NCBI GenBank assembly: GCA_027624175.1
Contig: JAQBXT010000003.1
Coordinates: 1,162-65,161, forward strand
DNA length: 64,000 bases
Source: Pseudomonadota bacterium
GTDB taxonomy: Bacteria; Pseudomonadota; Gammaproteobacteria; Burkholderiales; SG8-39
Direction of reading: 5' to 3'
A program made the position numbers and the translations under genes. This document shows positions 43,689 through 55,511 of the stretch, in pieces. Numbering within the stretch: position 1 is the stretch's first letter; each line of letters begins with the position of its first letter. The notes beneath the pieces were generated by a model. That model worked only from the letters and a program-made list of their open reading frames with translations, was not told the origin of the DNA and searched no databases.

Positions 43689-46246
43689 GTCCTGGCGACC
43701 TCGAGGACTTCGAACACCTCAAGCTGGTCGCCTTCCTTGAGGTCCGAGAAGTTCTTCAGCGACATGCCGCATTCAAACCCCGCCTTGACCTCGCGGGCGT
43801 CGTCCTTGAAGCGCTTGAGCGAATCGATTTCGCCGGTGTGCACGACCACGCTGTCGCGCAGCACACGCACCTGGGCGCCGCGCTTGACCAGCCCGTCGAC
43901 CACGTAACAGCCGGCGACGGCACCGACCTTCGAGATGCGGAATACCTGCCGTACCTCGACCATGCCAAGCACCTGCTCCTTGCGCTCCGGGGGCAGCATG
44001 CCGGACATCGCGGCCTTGATCTCGTCGACCGCCTCGTAAATGATGTTGTAGTAACGCACGTCAGTGCCCGAGCTCTCGATGAGCTTGCGCGCAGTCGCAT
44101 CGGCGCGCGTATTGAAGCCGATGATCACCGCGCGCGCCGCCATCGCCAGGTTGACGTCCGATTCCGTGATGCCGCCGACGCCGGCGTGCACCACGCCGAC
44201 CTTGACCTCTTCCGTGGACAGGCGCGTCAGCGCGTGCACCAGCGCTTCCTGCGAGCCTTGCACGTCGGCCTTGATCACCAACGACAACACCTTCTGCCCG
44301 CCCTCGCCCATCTGCTTGAACAGGTTCTCCAGCCTGGCCGCCTGCTGCTTGGCCAGCTTCACGTCGCGGTACCTGCCGTGCCGGAACGCCGCGATATCGC
44401 GCGCCTTGCGCTCGTCGGTAAGCGTCGTCATCTCTTCGCCCGCGTTCGGCACATCGGACAGGCCCTGGATCTCCACCGGGATCGACGGGCCCGCGGTCTC
44501 CACCGGGCGGGCGTTCTCGTCCAGCATCGCCCGCACGCGGCCATACACCGCGCCGATCAGCACCACGTCGCCCTGCTTCAAGGTCCCCGACTGCACCAGC
44601 AGCGTGGCCACCGGCCCGCGCCCCTTGTCCAGCCGCGCCTCGATCACCACGCCCTTGGCGGGCGCGTCGATCGGCGCCTTGAGCTCGAGCACCTCCGCCT
44701 GCAGCAGCACGATCTCGAGCAGGTGGTCCACGCCCTGCCCGGTCTTCGCCGAGACCGGCACGAACGGCGCATCGCCGCCGAACTCTTCCGGCACCACGCC
44801 GTGCTGCAGGAGTTCCCGCTTGACTTTCTCCGCGTCCGCCTCGTTCTTGTCGATTTTGTTGATTGCCACCACCAGCGGTACCTTGGCGGCCTTGGCGTGA
44901 TTGATGGCTTCGATGGTCTGCGGCATCACGCCGTCATCGGCGGCCACGACGAGAATCACGAGGTCGGTGACCTTGGCGCCGCGCGCGCGCATGGCGGTGA
45001 AGGCTTCGTGGCCCGGCGTGTCCAGGAATGTGACGACGCCCCGCGGCGTCTCCACGTGATAGGCGCCGATGTGCTGCGTGATTCCGCCCGCTTCGCCCGC
45101 CGCGACCTTGGTGCGGCGGATGTAGTCGAGCAGTGAAGTCTTGCCGTGGTCCACGTGGCCCATCACCGTAACCACGGGCGGGCGCGTTTCGCCGGCGGGC
45201 GCGTCGCCGGTCTCCTCGACCAGGTAGGCCTCCGGATCGTCCATCTTCGCCGCCTTGGCCTTGTGCCCCATTTCCTCGACCAGGATCATTGCCGTCTCCT
45301 GGTCCAGCACCTGGTTGATATTCGCCATGGTGCCGAGCTTCATCAGCGCCTTGATGACCTCCGCCGCCTTGACCGACATGCGGTGCGCGAGTTCGCCCAC
45401 CGTGATGGTTTCAGGCACCGCCACTTCGCGCGCCACCGGTTCAGCAGGCGGGCTGAAGGCGGGTTGCTCGGCAGTTTGTCCGCGGTGGCGCGAGCCGCCA
45501 CGCCCGTGCCATCCGCCCACGCCGCCGCCCATGTCGCCGCGTGTCTTGATGGTGCGCCTGCGGGCCGAATCGTCGCGCATGGTGGTGGTGGGTTTGACCT
45601 TCTTTGCCTTCTTGTCGGTCTTGGCGTCGGCGGCCTTGGGCGCGTGCAACGTGCCTTCCACCGCCGGTGCGGCGCGTTGCCCCTGGGCCTTGTCGATCGC
45701 CGCCTGCGCCTCGCGCTCGGCGACCTTCTGTTCTGCGTCGCGCCGCTCGCGCTCCTGCTTTTCCTGCAGCTCGGCCGCCTGGCGCTCGGAGAGCTTCTCG
45801 TGACGCCGCGCCTCGTCCTCGCGCAATTCCAGTTCTTTGGCGTCGATGGCCGGTGCGGGTGCCCGCGGTGCCGGCACTGGTGCTGGCACCGGGACCGGCG
45901 CGGGCGCCGGCTGCTCGGCAGCGCTTGCCGCCGCCAATTCGGCAGGATCGCGCTTCATGAACACGCGCTTCTTGCGTACTTCGACCTGGATGGTGCGCGC
46001 CTTGCCTGAAGTGTCGGACTTCTTGATGATCTCGCTGGACTGCTTGCGCGTCAGGGTGATCTTGTTCTTCGCATCCGCGGAGCCGTGCGACCTGCGCAGG
46101 TACTCCAGCAGGCGCGCCTTGTCCGCTTCGGTGAGCGAATCGCCCGCCGCCTGTTTCTCCACGCCGGCCGCGCGCAGTTGCTCCAGCAGCACCGAGGGCG
46201 GCACCTTCAATTCACTGGCAAACAGGGTGACGCTGGTCATCGCCAC
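43682..46246 (-). CDS. infB: Translation initiation factor IF-2
   Basis: 854-codon ORF with an Ala/Pro/Lys-rich N-terminal region, a GTPase domain ([16 protein letters not shown] ... DTPGHEAF ... NKIDK) and a C-terminal beta-barrel. Start is GTG 46246 (AGGAGG 9 nt upstream) or ATG 46240. Confidence 0.95.
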   Translation of the reverse strand: MAMTSVTLFASELKVPPSVLLEQLRAAGVEKQAAGDSLTEADKARLLEYLRRSHGSADAKNKITLTRKQSSEIIKKSDTSGKARTIQVEVRKKRVFMKRDPAELAAASAAEQPAPAPVPVPAPVPAPRAPAPAIDAKELELREDEARRHEKLSERQAAELQEKQERERRDAEQKVAEREAQAAIDKAQGQRAAPAVEGTLHAPKAADAKTDKKAKKVKPTTTMRDDSARRRTIKTRGDMGGGVGGWHGRGGSRHRGQTAEQPAFSPPAEPVAREVAVPETITVGELAHRMSVKAAEVIKALMKLGTMANINQVLDQETAMILVEEMGHKAKAAKMDDPEAYLVEETGDAPAGETRPPVVTVMGHVDHGKTSLLDYIRRTKVAAGEAGGITQHIGAYHVETPRGVVTFLDTPGHEAFTAMRARGAKVTDLVILVVAADDGVMPQTIEAINHAKAAKVPLVVAINKIDKNEADAEKVKRELLQHGVVPEEFGGDAPFVPVSAKTGQGVDHLLEIVLLQAEVLELKAPIDAPAKGVVIEARLDKGRGPVATLLVQSGTLKQGDVVLIGAVYGRVRAMLDENARPVETAGPSIPVEIQGLSDVPNAGEEMTTLTDERKARDIAAFRHGRYRDVKLAKQQAARLENLFKQMGEGGQKVLSLVIKADVQGSQEALVHALTRLSTEEVKVGVVHAGVGGITESDVNLAMAARAVIIGFNTRADATARKLIESSGTDVRYYNIIYEAVDEIKAAMSGMLPPERKEQVLGMVEVRQVFRISKVGAVAGCYVVDGLVKRGAQVRVLRDSVVVHTGEIDSLKRFKDDAREVKAGFECGMSLKNFSDLKEGDQLEVFEVLEVARTL

Positions 46247-46247
46247 G

Positions 46248-47756
46248 TTACTGCGCCTCCTTGATCTGCGTCTCGCCTTCGGGCGCGAACCAATGCGCGC
46301 GCGCCGCCATGATCAGGGTCTTGGCGCGCTCGTCTTCGATCCCGGTCATCTCCGATAGCTCGTCCACCGCCAGGTCGGCGAGATCGTCGCGGGTCTTCAC
46401 CCCGCCCTCCGCCAGCTTGGCGGCGAGCTGCGTGTCCATGCCTTCCAGCTTGAGCAGATTCTGGTCCACGCCTTCCATTTGCTCCTCGCTCGCGATCGCC
46501 TGCACCAGCAGCGCATTGCGCGCTCGCGTGCGCAACTCGTTCACCGTGTTTTCGTCGAAGGCCTCGATCTCGAGCATTTCGTTGATCGGAACGTAGGCGA
46601 TCTCCTCGAGCGTTGAAAATCCTTCCTGGATCAGGATGTTGGCCACCTCCTCGTCCACGTCCAGACGCTGGATGAACAGTTCGCGCGCGCGCGTCGATTC
46701 CTCCGTCTGCTTCTTGGTGGACTCCTCTTCGTTCATCAGGTTGATGGTCCAGCCGGTCAATTGGGAGGCCAGGCGCACGTTCTGCCCGCTGCGACCGATG
46801 GCGATGGCGAGATTCTCCTCATCCACCACCACGTCCATCGAGTGTTTCTCCTCGTCCACCAGGATCGAGCTCACTTCGGCCGGCGCCAGCGCGCCGATGA
46901 CGAACTGCGCCGGGTCCGCCGACCAGAGCACGATATCCACGCGCTCTCCGGCCAGTTCCTGCGTCACCGCCTGCACGCGCGAGCCGCGCATGCCGACGCA
47001 GGTGCCGATCGGGTCGATCCTGCGGTCCGTGGTGTGCACGGCGATCTTGGCGCGCACGCCGGGGTCGCGCGCCGCCGACTTGATCTCCAGCAGCTTTTCT
47101 TCGATCTCGGGAACCTCGAGCTCGAACAGCTTCATGATGAACTGCGGGGCGGTGCGCGACAGCACCAACTGCGGCCCGCGCGCGCCGCGGTCGATGTTCG
47201 CCACCCAGGCCCGCACACGGTCGCCGACGCGCAGGTTTTCCTTCGGGATCATGTTCTCGCGCGGCAGCAGCGCTTCCAGCCGGCCCGATTCGACGATCGC
47301 GCTGCCGCGCTCCATGCGCTTCACCGAGCCGGTGACCAGCTCGTCTCCGCGGCCGAGAAAGTCGTTCAGGATCTGCTCGCGCTCGGCGTCCCGGATGCGC
47401 TGCAGGATCACCTGCTTGGCGGTCTGCGCGCCGATGCGGCCGAAGGGCACGTTCTCGATCGGCTCCTCGAGGATGTCGTCCATCTTGGCATCGGGCTTTT
47501 TCTCCTGCGCCTCCTCGAGCGATGTCATCTGCGCGACGTTGTACTCGGGGGTGTCGTCCGGCACCACCTTCCAGCGCCGGAACGCCTCGTAATCGCCGGT
47601 ATTGCGATCGACGGCGACGCGCACGTCGACATCTTCGGTGAAGCGTTTCTTGGTGGCGGAGGCGAGTGCCATTTCCAGCGCGCCGAACACCACGTCGCGA
47701 TTGACGTTCTTTTCGCGCGCCAGCGCGTCGACCAGCAGCAGAATTTCCCGGCTCAT
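46248..47756 (-). CDS. nusA: Transcription termination/antitermination factor NusA
   Basis: ATG 47756; [37 protein letters not shown] ... S1, KH1/KH2, acidic repeats. Confidence 0.95.
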   Translation of the reverse strand: MSREILLLVDALAREKNVNRDVVFGALEMALASATKKRFTEDVDVRVAVDRNTGDYEAFRRWKVVPDDTPEYNVAQMTSLEEAQEKKPDAKMDDILEEPIENVPFGRIGAQTAKQVILQRIRDAEREQILNDFLGRGDELVTGSVKRMERGSAIVESGRLEALLPRENMIPKENLRVGDRVRAWVANIDRGARGPQLVLSRTAPQFIMKLFELEVPEIEEKLLEIKSAARDPGVRAKIAVHTTDRRIDPIGTCVGMRGSRVQAVTQELAGERVDIVLWSADPAQFVIGALAPAEVSSILVDEEKHSMDVVVDEENLAIAIGRSGQNVRLASQLTGWTINLMNEEESTKKQTEESTRARELFIQRLDVDEEVANILIQEGFSTLEEIAYVPINEMLEIEAFDENTVNELRTRARNALLVQAIASEEQMEGVDQNLLKLEGMDTQLAAKLAEGGVKTRDDLADLAVDELSEMTGIEDERAKTLIMAARAHWFAPEGETQIKEAQ

Positions 47757-47769
47757 CGTTGCTCCAAGC

Positions 47770-48225
47770 TCAAAGTTCTGGAACGAGCCGCGCCCGGTCC
47801 ATGCCATCCAGTTGCAGCGCCACCGGCGCACCGTCCACGTCGACGGTTGCGGTGGCGCCTTCGATCCCCCGCAGCAGGCCCACGTAGCGCCGCCGGCCAC
47901 TCGCGTCGGCCAGGCGCATCCTGACGTCGACCCGCTGGCCGGCAAAGCGCGCAAAATCCGCTGGCTTGCGCAGCGGCCGATCCAGGCCCGGCGAGGAGAT
48001 CTCCAGGCGATCGTAGTCGATGCCCTCGACCTCCAGCACCCGGGAGAGGTGGCGGCTTACCGCCGCGCAGTCCTCCACCGTGATGCCGCCCGGCTTGTCC
48101 ATGAATATGCGCAGAAAACGACCCCGGCTGGACACCTGCATGTCCACCAATTCGAACCCCAACCCGACCAGGGTAGGCTCCAGAATGCCTTCCAGCGTAT
48201 GCGACACAAATGAGGCCACAAACAA
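47770..48225 (-). CDS. rimP: Ribosome maturation factor RimP
   Basis: [17 protein letters not shown] ... [23 protein letters not shown] ... [12 protein letters not shown]. The track start (TTG 48225) lies in the U-tract of the upstream terminator, so GTG 48219 or 48207 is more likely. Confidence 0.88.
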   Translation of the reverse strand: MFVASFVSHTLEGILEPTLVGLGFELVDMQVSSRGRFLRIFMDKPGGITVEDCAAVSRHLSRVLEVEGIDYDRLEISSPGLDRPLRKPADFARFAGQRVDVRMRLADASGRRRYVGLLRGIEGATATVDVDGAPVALQLDGMDRARLVPEL

Positions 48226-48243
48226 AAAATGGGCCGAAGCCCA
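48224..48243 (-). terminator. Rho-independent terminator after rluB
   Basis: The minus strand reads TGGGC-TTCG-GCCCA followed by TTTTTT, 22 nt downstream of the rluB stop. Confidence 0.6.
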
Positions 48244-48995
48244 CCCACATGAAACGGCTTGAAGTTTAACCGCTTTTCAGCGTTTTCACAATCGCGGCGA
48301 CGCTTTTCTCGTCCAGTTCGATCCATCGTCCCGGGCGCAGATCGCGCGGCAATTCGACCGGCCCGTAGCGCACACGCAGCAGCCGGCTGACCTTGCGCCC
48401 GAGGGCCTCGAACAGGCGCCGCACCTCCCGGTTGCGCCCTTCGCGCAGGACGACGCGGTACCAGCGGTTGGCGCCTTCCGCGCCGCCAGAGGGTTCGAGC
48501 TTGTCGAAGCGCGCCGCGCCGTCGGCCAGCTCGACGCCCGCGAGCAGCCGGGCGCGTTCCTCGGCCCGGAGCTCGCCCAGCACCCGCACCGCGTACTCGC
48601 GCTCGATCTCGTAGCGCGGGTGCATCAGGCGGTTCGCAAGCTCGCCCGAATCCGTGAGCAGCAGCAGCCCGGCCGTGTTGATGTCCAACCGTCCGACCGC
48701 CACCCACTTGCCGCCTGCGATCGGCGGCAGCCGTTCAAACACGGTCGGCCTGCCCCCGGGGTCCGAACGGGTCACCATTTCGCCGTCCGGTTTGTGATAC
48801 AGCAGTACGCGCGGCCGCGCGCCGCCCGCCTTCAGGGCAATGCTCCGGCCGTCCAGTTCGACGAGGTCGCCCGGCCCCGCCCGATCGCCGAGCTTGGCGA
48901 GCGCGCCGTTCACTTTCAGGCGGCCGGCCGTGATCCAGGTCTCGATCTCACGGCGCGAGCCCAGCCCCGCTGCGGCGAGCAGCTTTTGCAGCCGT

Positions 48996-49587
<592 letters not shown>

Positions 49588-49604
<17 letters not shown>

Positions 49605-50394
49605 GGGCCAATTTTACGTAGATCGGCGCGAAGCTTTCCGACTGCGTGATCTCGAGCAGCGCTTCGCGCGCCAGCTCCAGCACCGCCAGCAGCGTCACCA
49701 CCAGCACCGCCACGCCTAGCGCGGGGTCGAACAGCTCGCCGAATTCGAGCACGCGCCGCTCCTGCAGCCGGCGCAGCACGCCCCTCATGTGCTCGCGCAC
49801 GGAGAGCTCCTCGCGCGACACCCGGTGGTGCGCCGACAGCCGCGCCCGGTGCAGCAGGGTGCGCCAGGCCTCGGCAAGGTCCTGGGCGTTGACTTCGGGC
49901 AGGCGCTCGGCGACGGTGCGCTCGACCCAGACCGAGACCGCGATCACGTCGCGCCCGACCTGGGGCAGTTCGTCGAGCTCCTGTGCCGCCTTCTTCATGC
50001 GCTCGTACTCCAGCAACCGACGCACCAGTTCTGCGCGCGGGTCATCCTCGATCGGAGTCGCCGCGGGCGGCCGCGGCAGCAGCAGCCGCGACTTGATCGC
50101 CAGCAGCATCGCCGCCATCACCAGGTACTCCGCGGCGAGCTCCAGGTTCTTGGAGCGCATGGCTTCCACGTACTCGAGGTACTGGCGCGTCAGCGGCGCC
50201 ATCGGGATGTCGAGGACGTCGAGATTTTCCTTGCGGATCAGGTACAGCAGCAGGTCGAGGGGGCCTTCGAAGGCCTCGAGGATTATTTCGAGCGCGTCCG
50301 GCGGGATGTACAGGTCGCGCGGGATCTCGATCAGCGGCTCGCCGTAGAGACGAGCGAACGGGGTGGCGAGCGCGAGCTGCGCGGGATCGCTCAT
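49588..50394 (-). CDS. scpA: Segregation and condensation protein A
   Basis: ATG 50394 (TGATG overlap with the trpS stop); [35 protein letters not shown] ... [14 protein letters not shown]. Confidence 0.9.
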
Positions 50395-51596
50395 CAGGAG
50401 TACGTCAAGCCCATCGCGTCGCGCACGTCGCGCATGGTTTCCACGGCGAGTTTGCGCGCCTTGTCGCAGCCGTCGGCAATGATGCTCTTCACCAGCGTCG
50501 GGTCGTCGAGGTAGGTCTGGGCACGCTCGCGCATCGGCGCGAGTTCCGCCAGCACCGCATCGATCACCGGCTGCTTGCACTCCAGGCAGCCGATGCCGGC
50601 GCTGGTACAGCCCTTTTGCACCCACGCGCGCCGCGCCTCGTCCGAATAGACCAGGTGCAGGGGCCACACCGGGCACTTCTCCGGCGTGCCCGGGTCGCTG
50701 CGCTTCACGCGCGCCGGGTCGGTGGGCATGGTGCGGATCTTCTTCGTCACCGCCTCGGGCGGCTCGCGCAGACCGATGGCGTTGCCGTAGGACTTGGACA
50801 TCTTCTGACCGTCGAGCCCCGGCACGCGTGCCGATTCGGTGAGCAGGGCTTCCGGTTCGACCAGGATCTTGCGCCCCCCGCCCTCGAGCCAGCCGGACAG
50901 GCGTTCGCGGTCGCCGTGCGGAATGTTCTGCTGCTCTTCGAGCAGCGCCTGGGCGCGCTTGAGCGCGTCGGCGTCGCCGCCTTCGAGGAACTTGGTGCGC
51001 AGTTCGTTCAGCAGCCGGAGCTTCTTGGTGCCCATTTTCTTTGCTGCGGCCCTGGCCTTGTCCTCGAAGCCCTCCTCCCGGCCGTAGAGATGGTTGAAGC
51101 GCCGCGCGATTTCGCGCGTCATCTCCACGTGCGGCACCTGGTCCTCGCCCACCGGCACGTAGCACGCGCGATAGATCAGGATGTCGGCCGACTGCAGCAG
51201 GGGGTAGCCAAGGAAGCCGTAGGTCGCCAGGTCCCGGTCCTTCAGCTTCTCCATCTGATCCTTGTAGGTCGGCACGCGTTCGAGCCAGCCCAGCGGCGTC
51301 ATCATCGACAGCAGCAGGTGCAGCTCCGCGTGCTCCTGGATGTGCGACTGCACGAACAGGATGGCCTGGTTCGGGTCGACGCCGGCGGCCAGCCAGTCCA
51401 CCACCATTTCCCAGGCATTCTGCTCCACGCGCCCGGGATGCTCGTAGTCGGTGGTAAGCGCGTGCCAGTCGGCGACGAAGTACAGGCAGGGATACTCGTT
51501 CTGCAGCTTGACCCAGTTCTTGAGCACGCCGTGGTAGTGGCCCAGGTGCAGGGCACCGGTGGGGCGCATGCCGGAGAGGACGCGGGCTTCGAACAT
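50394..51596 (-). CDS. trpS: Tryptophan--tRNA ligase (long 400-aa form)
   Basis: SGMRPTGALHLGHYHG (HIGH-type), KMSKS at residues 265-269. Has a ~70-aa insertion before KMSKS and a Cys4 motif at residues 308-340. Confidence 0.92.
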   Translation of the reverse strand: MFEARVLSGMRPTGALHLGHYHGVLKNWVKLQNEYPCLYFVADWHALTTDYEHPGRVEQNAWEMVVDWLAAGVDPNQAILFVQSHIQEHAELHLLLSMMTPLGWLERVPTYKDQMEKLKDRDLATYGFLGYPLLQSADILIYRACYVPVGEDQVPHVEMTREIARRFNHLYGREEGFEDKARAAAKKMGTKKLRLLNELRTKFLEGGDADALKRAQALLEEQQNIPHGDRERLSGWLEGGGRKILVEPEALLTESARVPGLDGQKMSKSYGNAIGLREPPEAVTKKIRTMPTDPARVKRSDPGTPEKCPVWPLHLVYSDEARRAWVQKGCTSAGIGCLECKQPVIDAVLAELAPMRERAQTYLDDPTLVKSIIADGCDKARKLAVETMRDVRDAMGLTYS

Positions 51597-51600
51597 CGCG

Positions 51601-52266
51601 CTAGATCTGGAACATGGTACCGATGACGCGGTACGAAAAGCTGATCATCGGCGCGAGGATCATGCCGAGCGCGCTGGTGAACAGCAGCAGCAGCAGGACC
51701 GGGAAACCCCAGGGCTCGAGCCTGGCGTAGCGTGAGGCGATGCGGCGCGGCAGCAGGCCGGCGACGATCCTGCCGCCGTCCAGGGGCAGGATCGGCAGCA
51801 GGTTGAGCAACATGAGGATGACGTTGACCTGGATGCCAGCCCTGCCCATCTGCAGCATCGGCAGCGAGAAATAATTCGCGGGCAACTCGCTCACCAGTTT
51901 GAACAGCGCGGCCCAGCAGATCGCCATGACGAGATTGGCGCCGGGGCCGGCGGCCGCGACCCAGATCATGTGCTGGCGCGGGCGGCGCAGCGCCGAATAG
52001 TTGACCGGCACCGGCTTGGCCCAACCGAACAGCAGTCCGGCACCGCCGGCGAACTTGCTCAGCACCAGGATCATCGCCGGGACGATGATCGTGCCGACCA
52101 GATCGATATGGCGCACGGGATTGAGACTCACGCGCCCCTGCGCGTACGCGGTCAGGTCGCCGAAGTGGCGCGCAACGTAGCCATGAGCGGCTTCGTGCAG
52201 CGTGATCGCGAGGAGTACCGGGATCGCGTAGATCGCGATTGTCTGTACGAGCTGGGAGAGTTCCAT
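51601..52266 (-). CDS. Site-2 protease family (M50) membrane metalloprotease
   Basis: 221 aa, multi-TM; HEAAHGYVAR (HExxH) and NLLPILPLDGG. Confidence 0.85.
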   Translation of the reverse strand: MELSQLVQTIAIYAIPVLLAITLHEAAHGYVARHFGDLTAYAQGRVSLNPVRHIDLVGTIIVPAMILVLSKFAGGAGLLFGWAKPVPVNYSALRRPRQHMIWVAAAGPGANLVMAICWAALFKLVSELPANYFSLPMLQMGRAGIQVNVILMLLNLLPILPLDGGRIVAGLLPRRIASRYARLEPWGFPVLLLLLFTSALGMILAPMISFSYRVIGTMFQI

Positions 52267-52285
52267 CGTGCTGCGGCGAATGTTA

Positions 52286-52921
52286 TCAGAGCACCGCGGC
52301 GCGGCCGAACGCGGCGAGCGGCCCTTTGCCCTCGCGCAACACCACCGGTTCGTCGCCGGTGAGGTCGATCACCGTGGTCGGCTGCACGCCGCAGGAGCCG
52401 CAATCGACGACCAGATCGAGTTCGTGCTCGAGCGCGGCGCGAATCGCGGGCGCATCGGACAACGGCTCCGAGGCGCCGGGCAGGATCAGCGTCGACGAGA
52501 GCATCGGCTCGTCCAGTTCCGCGAGCAGCGCCAACGCCGCGGCGTGCGCCGGCACGCGCACACCGATGGTCTTGCGGCGCGGATGCTGCAAGCGCCGCGG
52601 CACCTCGCGCGTGGCGCGCAAAATGAAGGTGTAGCTTTCGGGCGTGGCCGCCTTGAGGATCCTGAACTGCGCGTTGTCGAGCACGGCATACGCCGCGATC
52701 TCGGACAGGTCGCGGCACATCAGCGTCAGGTGGTGCTTCTGGTCCACGCCGCGCACCCGCCGCAGGCGTTCCTGCGCTGGCGCATCGCCAAGATGGCAGC
52801 CGACTGCATAGCAAGAGTCGGTCGGGTAGGCGATGAGTCCGCCGCGGCGCACGATCTCGGCTGCCTGACGTATCAGCCTGGCCTGCGGATGCGTGGGATG
52901 GACGGAAAAATATTGCGCCAA
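52286..52921 (-). CDS. YciO/TsaC (YrdC/Sua5) family threonylcarbamoyl-AMP synthase-like protein
   Basis: TTG 52921 gives LAQYFSVHPTHPQARLIRQAAEIVRRGGLIAYPTDSCYAVGC..., collinear with YciO. The upstream part of the track ORF overlaps the PHP gene and looks non-coding. Confidence 0.82.
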   Translation of the reverse strand: MAQYFSVHPTHPQARLIRQAAEIVRRGGLIAYPTDSCYAVGCHLGDAPAQERLRRVRGVDQKHHLTLMCRDLSEIAAYAVLDNAQFRILKAATPESYTFILRATREVPRRLQHPRRKTIGVRVPAHAAALALLAELDEPMLSSTLILPGASEPLSDAPAIRAALEHELDLVVDCGSCGVQPTTVIDLTGDEPVVLREGKGPLAAFGRAAVL

Positions 52922-52925
52922 GGAC

Positions 52926-53756
52926 TCAAAGCCCCCAGTCGCGCCACACCGGCCGCAACGCCGGATCGAGCGGCGGCAGGCTGCCGAACTCAGCGCCTTC
53001 ATCCGGTCCGTGGAAATCGGACCCGCGCGAAGCCGCGAAATCGTGGTGCGCGGCCAGGGCACCGAAGTGCCGGTACTGCTCCGGCGAGTGGCTGCCGGTG
53101 ACCACCTCGATCGCCTCGCCGCCGGCTTGGCGAAACTCCCCGAGCAATGCGTCCATCGCACCCGCGGACAAGCCGTAGCGCCCCGGATGGGCCAGCACCG
53201 CATGGCCGCTCGCCGCGCGGATCCAGCGCACCGCATCGTCCAGCTCGGCCCACTGGTGCGGCACGTAGCCGGGCTTGCCGGGAATGAGGAATCTGCGAAA
53301 GGCATCGCGCATGTCGGCCACCGCCTCGATATCGACGAGGAAGCGCGCGAAGTGCGTGCGGCTGACCATCGCCGGGTTCTCCGCGCGTTCCAGCGCGCCT
53401 TCGAACGTGCCTTCGATGCCCGCGGCGCTCAGCTCGCGTGCCATGGCGCGCGCGCGCTCGATGCGGCCGCCGCGCACCGCGGCAAGTCCTGCCGCCAGGG
53501 TTGCGTCCTGCGGATCGATGCGCAGGCCGAGGACGTGCACCGTGCTGCCGCGCCAGGTGACGGAGATTTCGACACCATCGACGAACTGCATGCCCGTTGC
53601 CAGCGCCGCCGCGCGCGCCTCGGCCAGGCCATCGACCTGATCGTGGTCGGTGAGGGACCACACGGTGACGCCGGCGCGCGCGGCGCGGCGCGCCACCTCC
53701 GCCGGCGCGAGCGCGCCGTCGGATACGTTGGAATGGCAATGCAAGTCGATATTCAT
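52926..53756 (-). CDS. PHP-domain phosphoesterase (TrpH/YciV, 3',5'-nucleoside bisphosphate phosphatase / RNase AM family)
   Basis: ATG 53756; MNIDLHCHSNVSDGALAP ... SLTDHD ... AHPGRY ... GSDFH. Confidence 0.85.
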   Translation of the reverse strand: MNIDLHCHSNVSDGALAPAEVARRAARAGVTVWSLTDHDQVDGLAEARAAALATGMQFVDGVEISVTWRGSTVHVLGLRIDPQDATLAAGLAAVRGGRIERARAMARELSAAGIEGTFEGALERAENPAMVSRTHFARFLVDIEAVADMRDAFRRFLIPGKPGYVPHQWAELDDAVRWIRAASGHAVLAHPGRYGLSAGAMDALLGEFRQAGGEAIEVVTGSHSPEQYRHFGALAAHHDFAASRGSDFHGPDEGAEFGSLPPLDPALRPVWRDWGL

Positions 53757-54622
53757 GCCAGCAGAAATTCCTCCATCAGGTGCGCCACCTGCTCGGGCTG
53801 ATCGTGATGCAGCATGTGGCCGGCGTCCCGCACCGTGACGTAGCGCAGGTTGCGGAAAGCGGCGCGGCGCTCGGCGTATTGCGCCTCGTCCAGGCCGATG
53901 CGTTTCAGTGTATCCGACTCGGCCGCATCCACCCACAGCACGGGCGCGCTCACCTCGTTCCAGCAGGCGCGCGCCTCTTCGTAGCGGTACAGCAGCGGAT
54001 TGACGATCTTGTGCGCCGGGTCGCCGCGCAACAGCACGCGCCCGTCCGGAAGTTCGCGGCCCCAGTGCCGCGCCAGGAACTCGGCGCGCTCGCGCGTGAG
54101 GCGCGGATTATTCTTCTGCAACCGGTCGGCGAGCGCGCCGTAGCCGGGATAGGGCCTGAAGCCGCTGTTCTCGTGCAGTTCGTCGAGCCACAGGCCGTAG
54201 CGCTTGGGCGCCTGCTCCGCGCGGGTGGGCGCCATGCCGAATCCTTCCAGGTTCACCAGCCGCCGCACGCGCGCCGGGCGCACGCCCGCGTACAGCGCGG
54301 CGACATTGCCCCCGAGGCTGTGCCCGGCGAGATTCACCGGCGCCTCCGGCTGGATGCGCTCGAGCAGCAGGTCAAGGTCTGCGACATAGTCCGGAAACCA
54401 GTAGCAATCGGACTTGCCCCAGTCGGTCAGACCGTAACCGCGCCAGTCCGGCGCATACACGTCCCAATCCAGTCGCAGCGCGTCCACCAGGAACTGGAAC
54501 GACGCGGAAACATCCATCCAGCCGTGCAGAAGGACCACGCGTTTGCCCGCATCTCCCGGCCAGTGGCGCACGTGGTAGCGCAGGCCGCGCACGTCGAAAT
54601 ACAGGGCTTTGCCGTCCTTCAC
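53753..54622 (-). CDS. Alpha/beta-fold hydrolase
   Basis: GTG 54622; VVLLHGWMDVSASF ... nucleophile elbow GHSLGG ... DAGHMLHHDQPE. Confidence 0.85.
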   Translation of the reverse strand: MKDGKALYFDVRGLRYHVRHWPGDAGKRVVLLHGWMDVSASFQFLVDALRLDWDVYAPDWRGYGLTDWGKSDCYWFPDYVADLDLLLERIQPEAPVNLAGHSLGGNVAALYAGVRPARVRRLVNLEGFGMAPTRAEQAPKRYGLWLDELHENSGFRPYPGYGALADRLQKNNPRLTRERAEFLARHWGRELPDGRVLLRGDPAHKIVNPLLYRYEEARACWNEVSAPVLWVDAAESDTLKRIGLDEAQYAERRAAFRNLRYVTVRDAGHMLHHDQPEQVAHLMEEFLLA

Positions 54623-54700
54623 CGGCTCAGTGGAACGCTCGAAGCGCTACAAGCTCGAGTGCCGCGCGCAGCAGCTGCCGCCCTCCGCGCAATAGCGCGC

Positions 54701-55462
54701 TTACTTGGGCGCCATGCGGATGGCGCCGTCCAGGCGGATGGTTTCGCCGTTCATCATTTCATTTTCGATGATGGCGCGCGCCAGTTGCGCATACTCCACC
54801 GGCCGGCCCAGGCGCGGCGGGAACGGCACCATCTTGCCGAGCGCATCCTGCACGTCCTTGGGCATGCCGAGCAGCATCGGCGTCTCGAAGATCCCCGGCG
54901 CGATGGTGCAGACGCGAATGCCGTTGCGCGAGAGATCTCTCGCGATCGGCAGCGTCATGCCGACGATGCCGCCCTTGGAGGCGGAATACGCCGCCTGGCC
55001 GATCTGGCCGTCGTAGGCCGCAACGGACGCGGTGTTGATGATCACGCCGCGCTCGCCGGCGGCGTTCGGGCCCGCCTTGGCCATCGCGTCCGCGGCGAGG
55101 CGGATCATGTTGAAGCTGCCGATCAGGTTGATGGTGATCACGCGCGTGAAATGCGCGAGCTTGTGCGGGCCGTCCTTGCCGAGGGTGCGCTCGGCGGTGC
55201 CGATGCCGGCGCAATTGACCAGCACGTGCACCCCGCCGAATTCGTTCACCGCCAGCGCGACCGCCGCGATGCCGTCGGCCTCGGAGGTCACATCGCATTT
55301 CGCGAAGCGCCCGCCAATCTCCTTGGCGAGCTTCTCGCCCGGCTCGACCTGCAGGTCGGCGATCACCACCTTGGCGCCGTTCTCGGCGGCCATGCGCGCG
55401 GTGGCTTCGCCCAGTCCGGAGGCGCCGCCGGTGATCAGGAACACGCAGTTCTTAATAAGCAT
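54701..55462 (-). CDS. Short-chain dehydrogenase, 3-hydroxyacyl-CoA dehydrogenase type II (HSD10)-like
   Basis: GAGG plus ATG 55462; [13 protein letters not shown] ... NCAGI ... [19 protein letters not shown] ... [11 protein letters not shown]. Confidence 0.85.
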   Translation of the reverse strand: MLIKNCVFLITGGASGLGEATARMAAENGAKVVIADLQVEPGEKLAKEIGGRFAKCDVTSEADGIAAVALAVNEFGGVHVLVNCAGIGTAERTLGKDGPHKLAHFTRVITINLIGSFNMIRLAADAMAKAGPNAAGERGVIINTASVAAYDGQIGQAAYSASKGGIVGMTLPIARDLSRNGIRVCTIAPGIFETPMLLGMPKDVQDALGKMVPFPPRLGRPVEYAQLARAIIENEMMNGETIRLDGAIRMAPK

Positions 55463-55491
55463 AGGAGCCTCGGTGCTTGGAGAGGCGCGAT

Positions 55492-55497
55492 TATAAT
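55492..55497 (+). promoter_or_regulatory. Perfect TATAAT hexamer 14 nt upstream of the 55512 ATG (possible -10 box giving a very short leader)
   Basis: ggcgcgatTATAATtcacgcacctgccgATG. There is no convincing -35 at 17-nt spacing and no Shine-Dalgarno sequence. Motif match only. Confidence 0.3.
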
Positions 55498-55511
55498 TCA
55501 CGCACCTGCCG

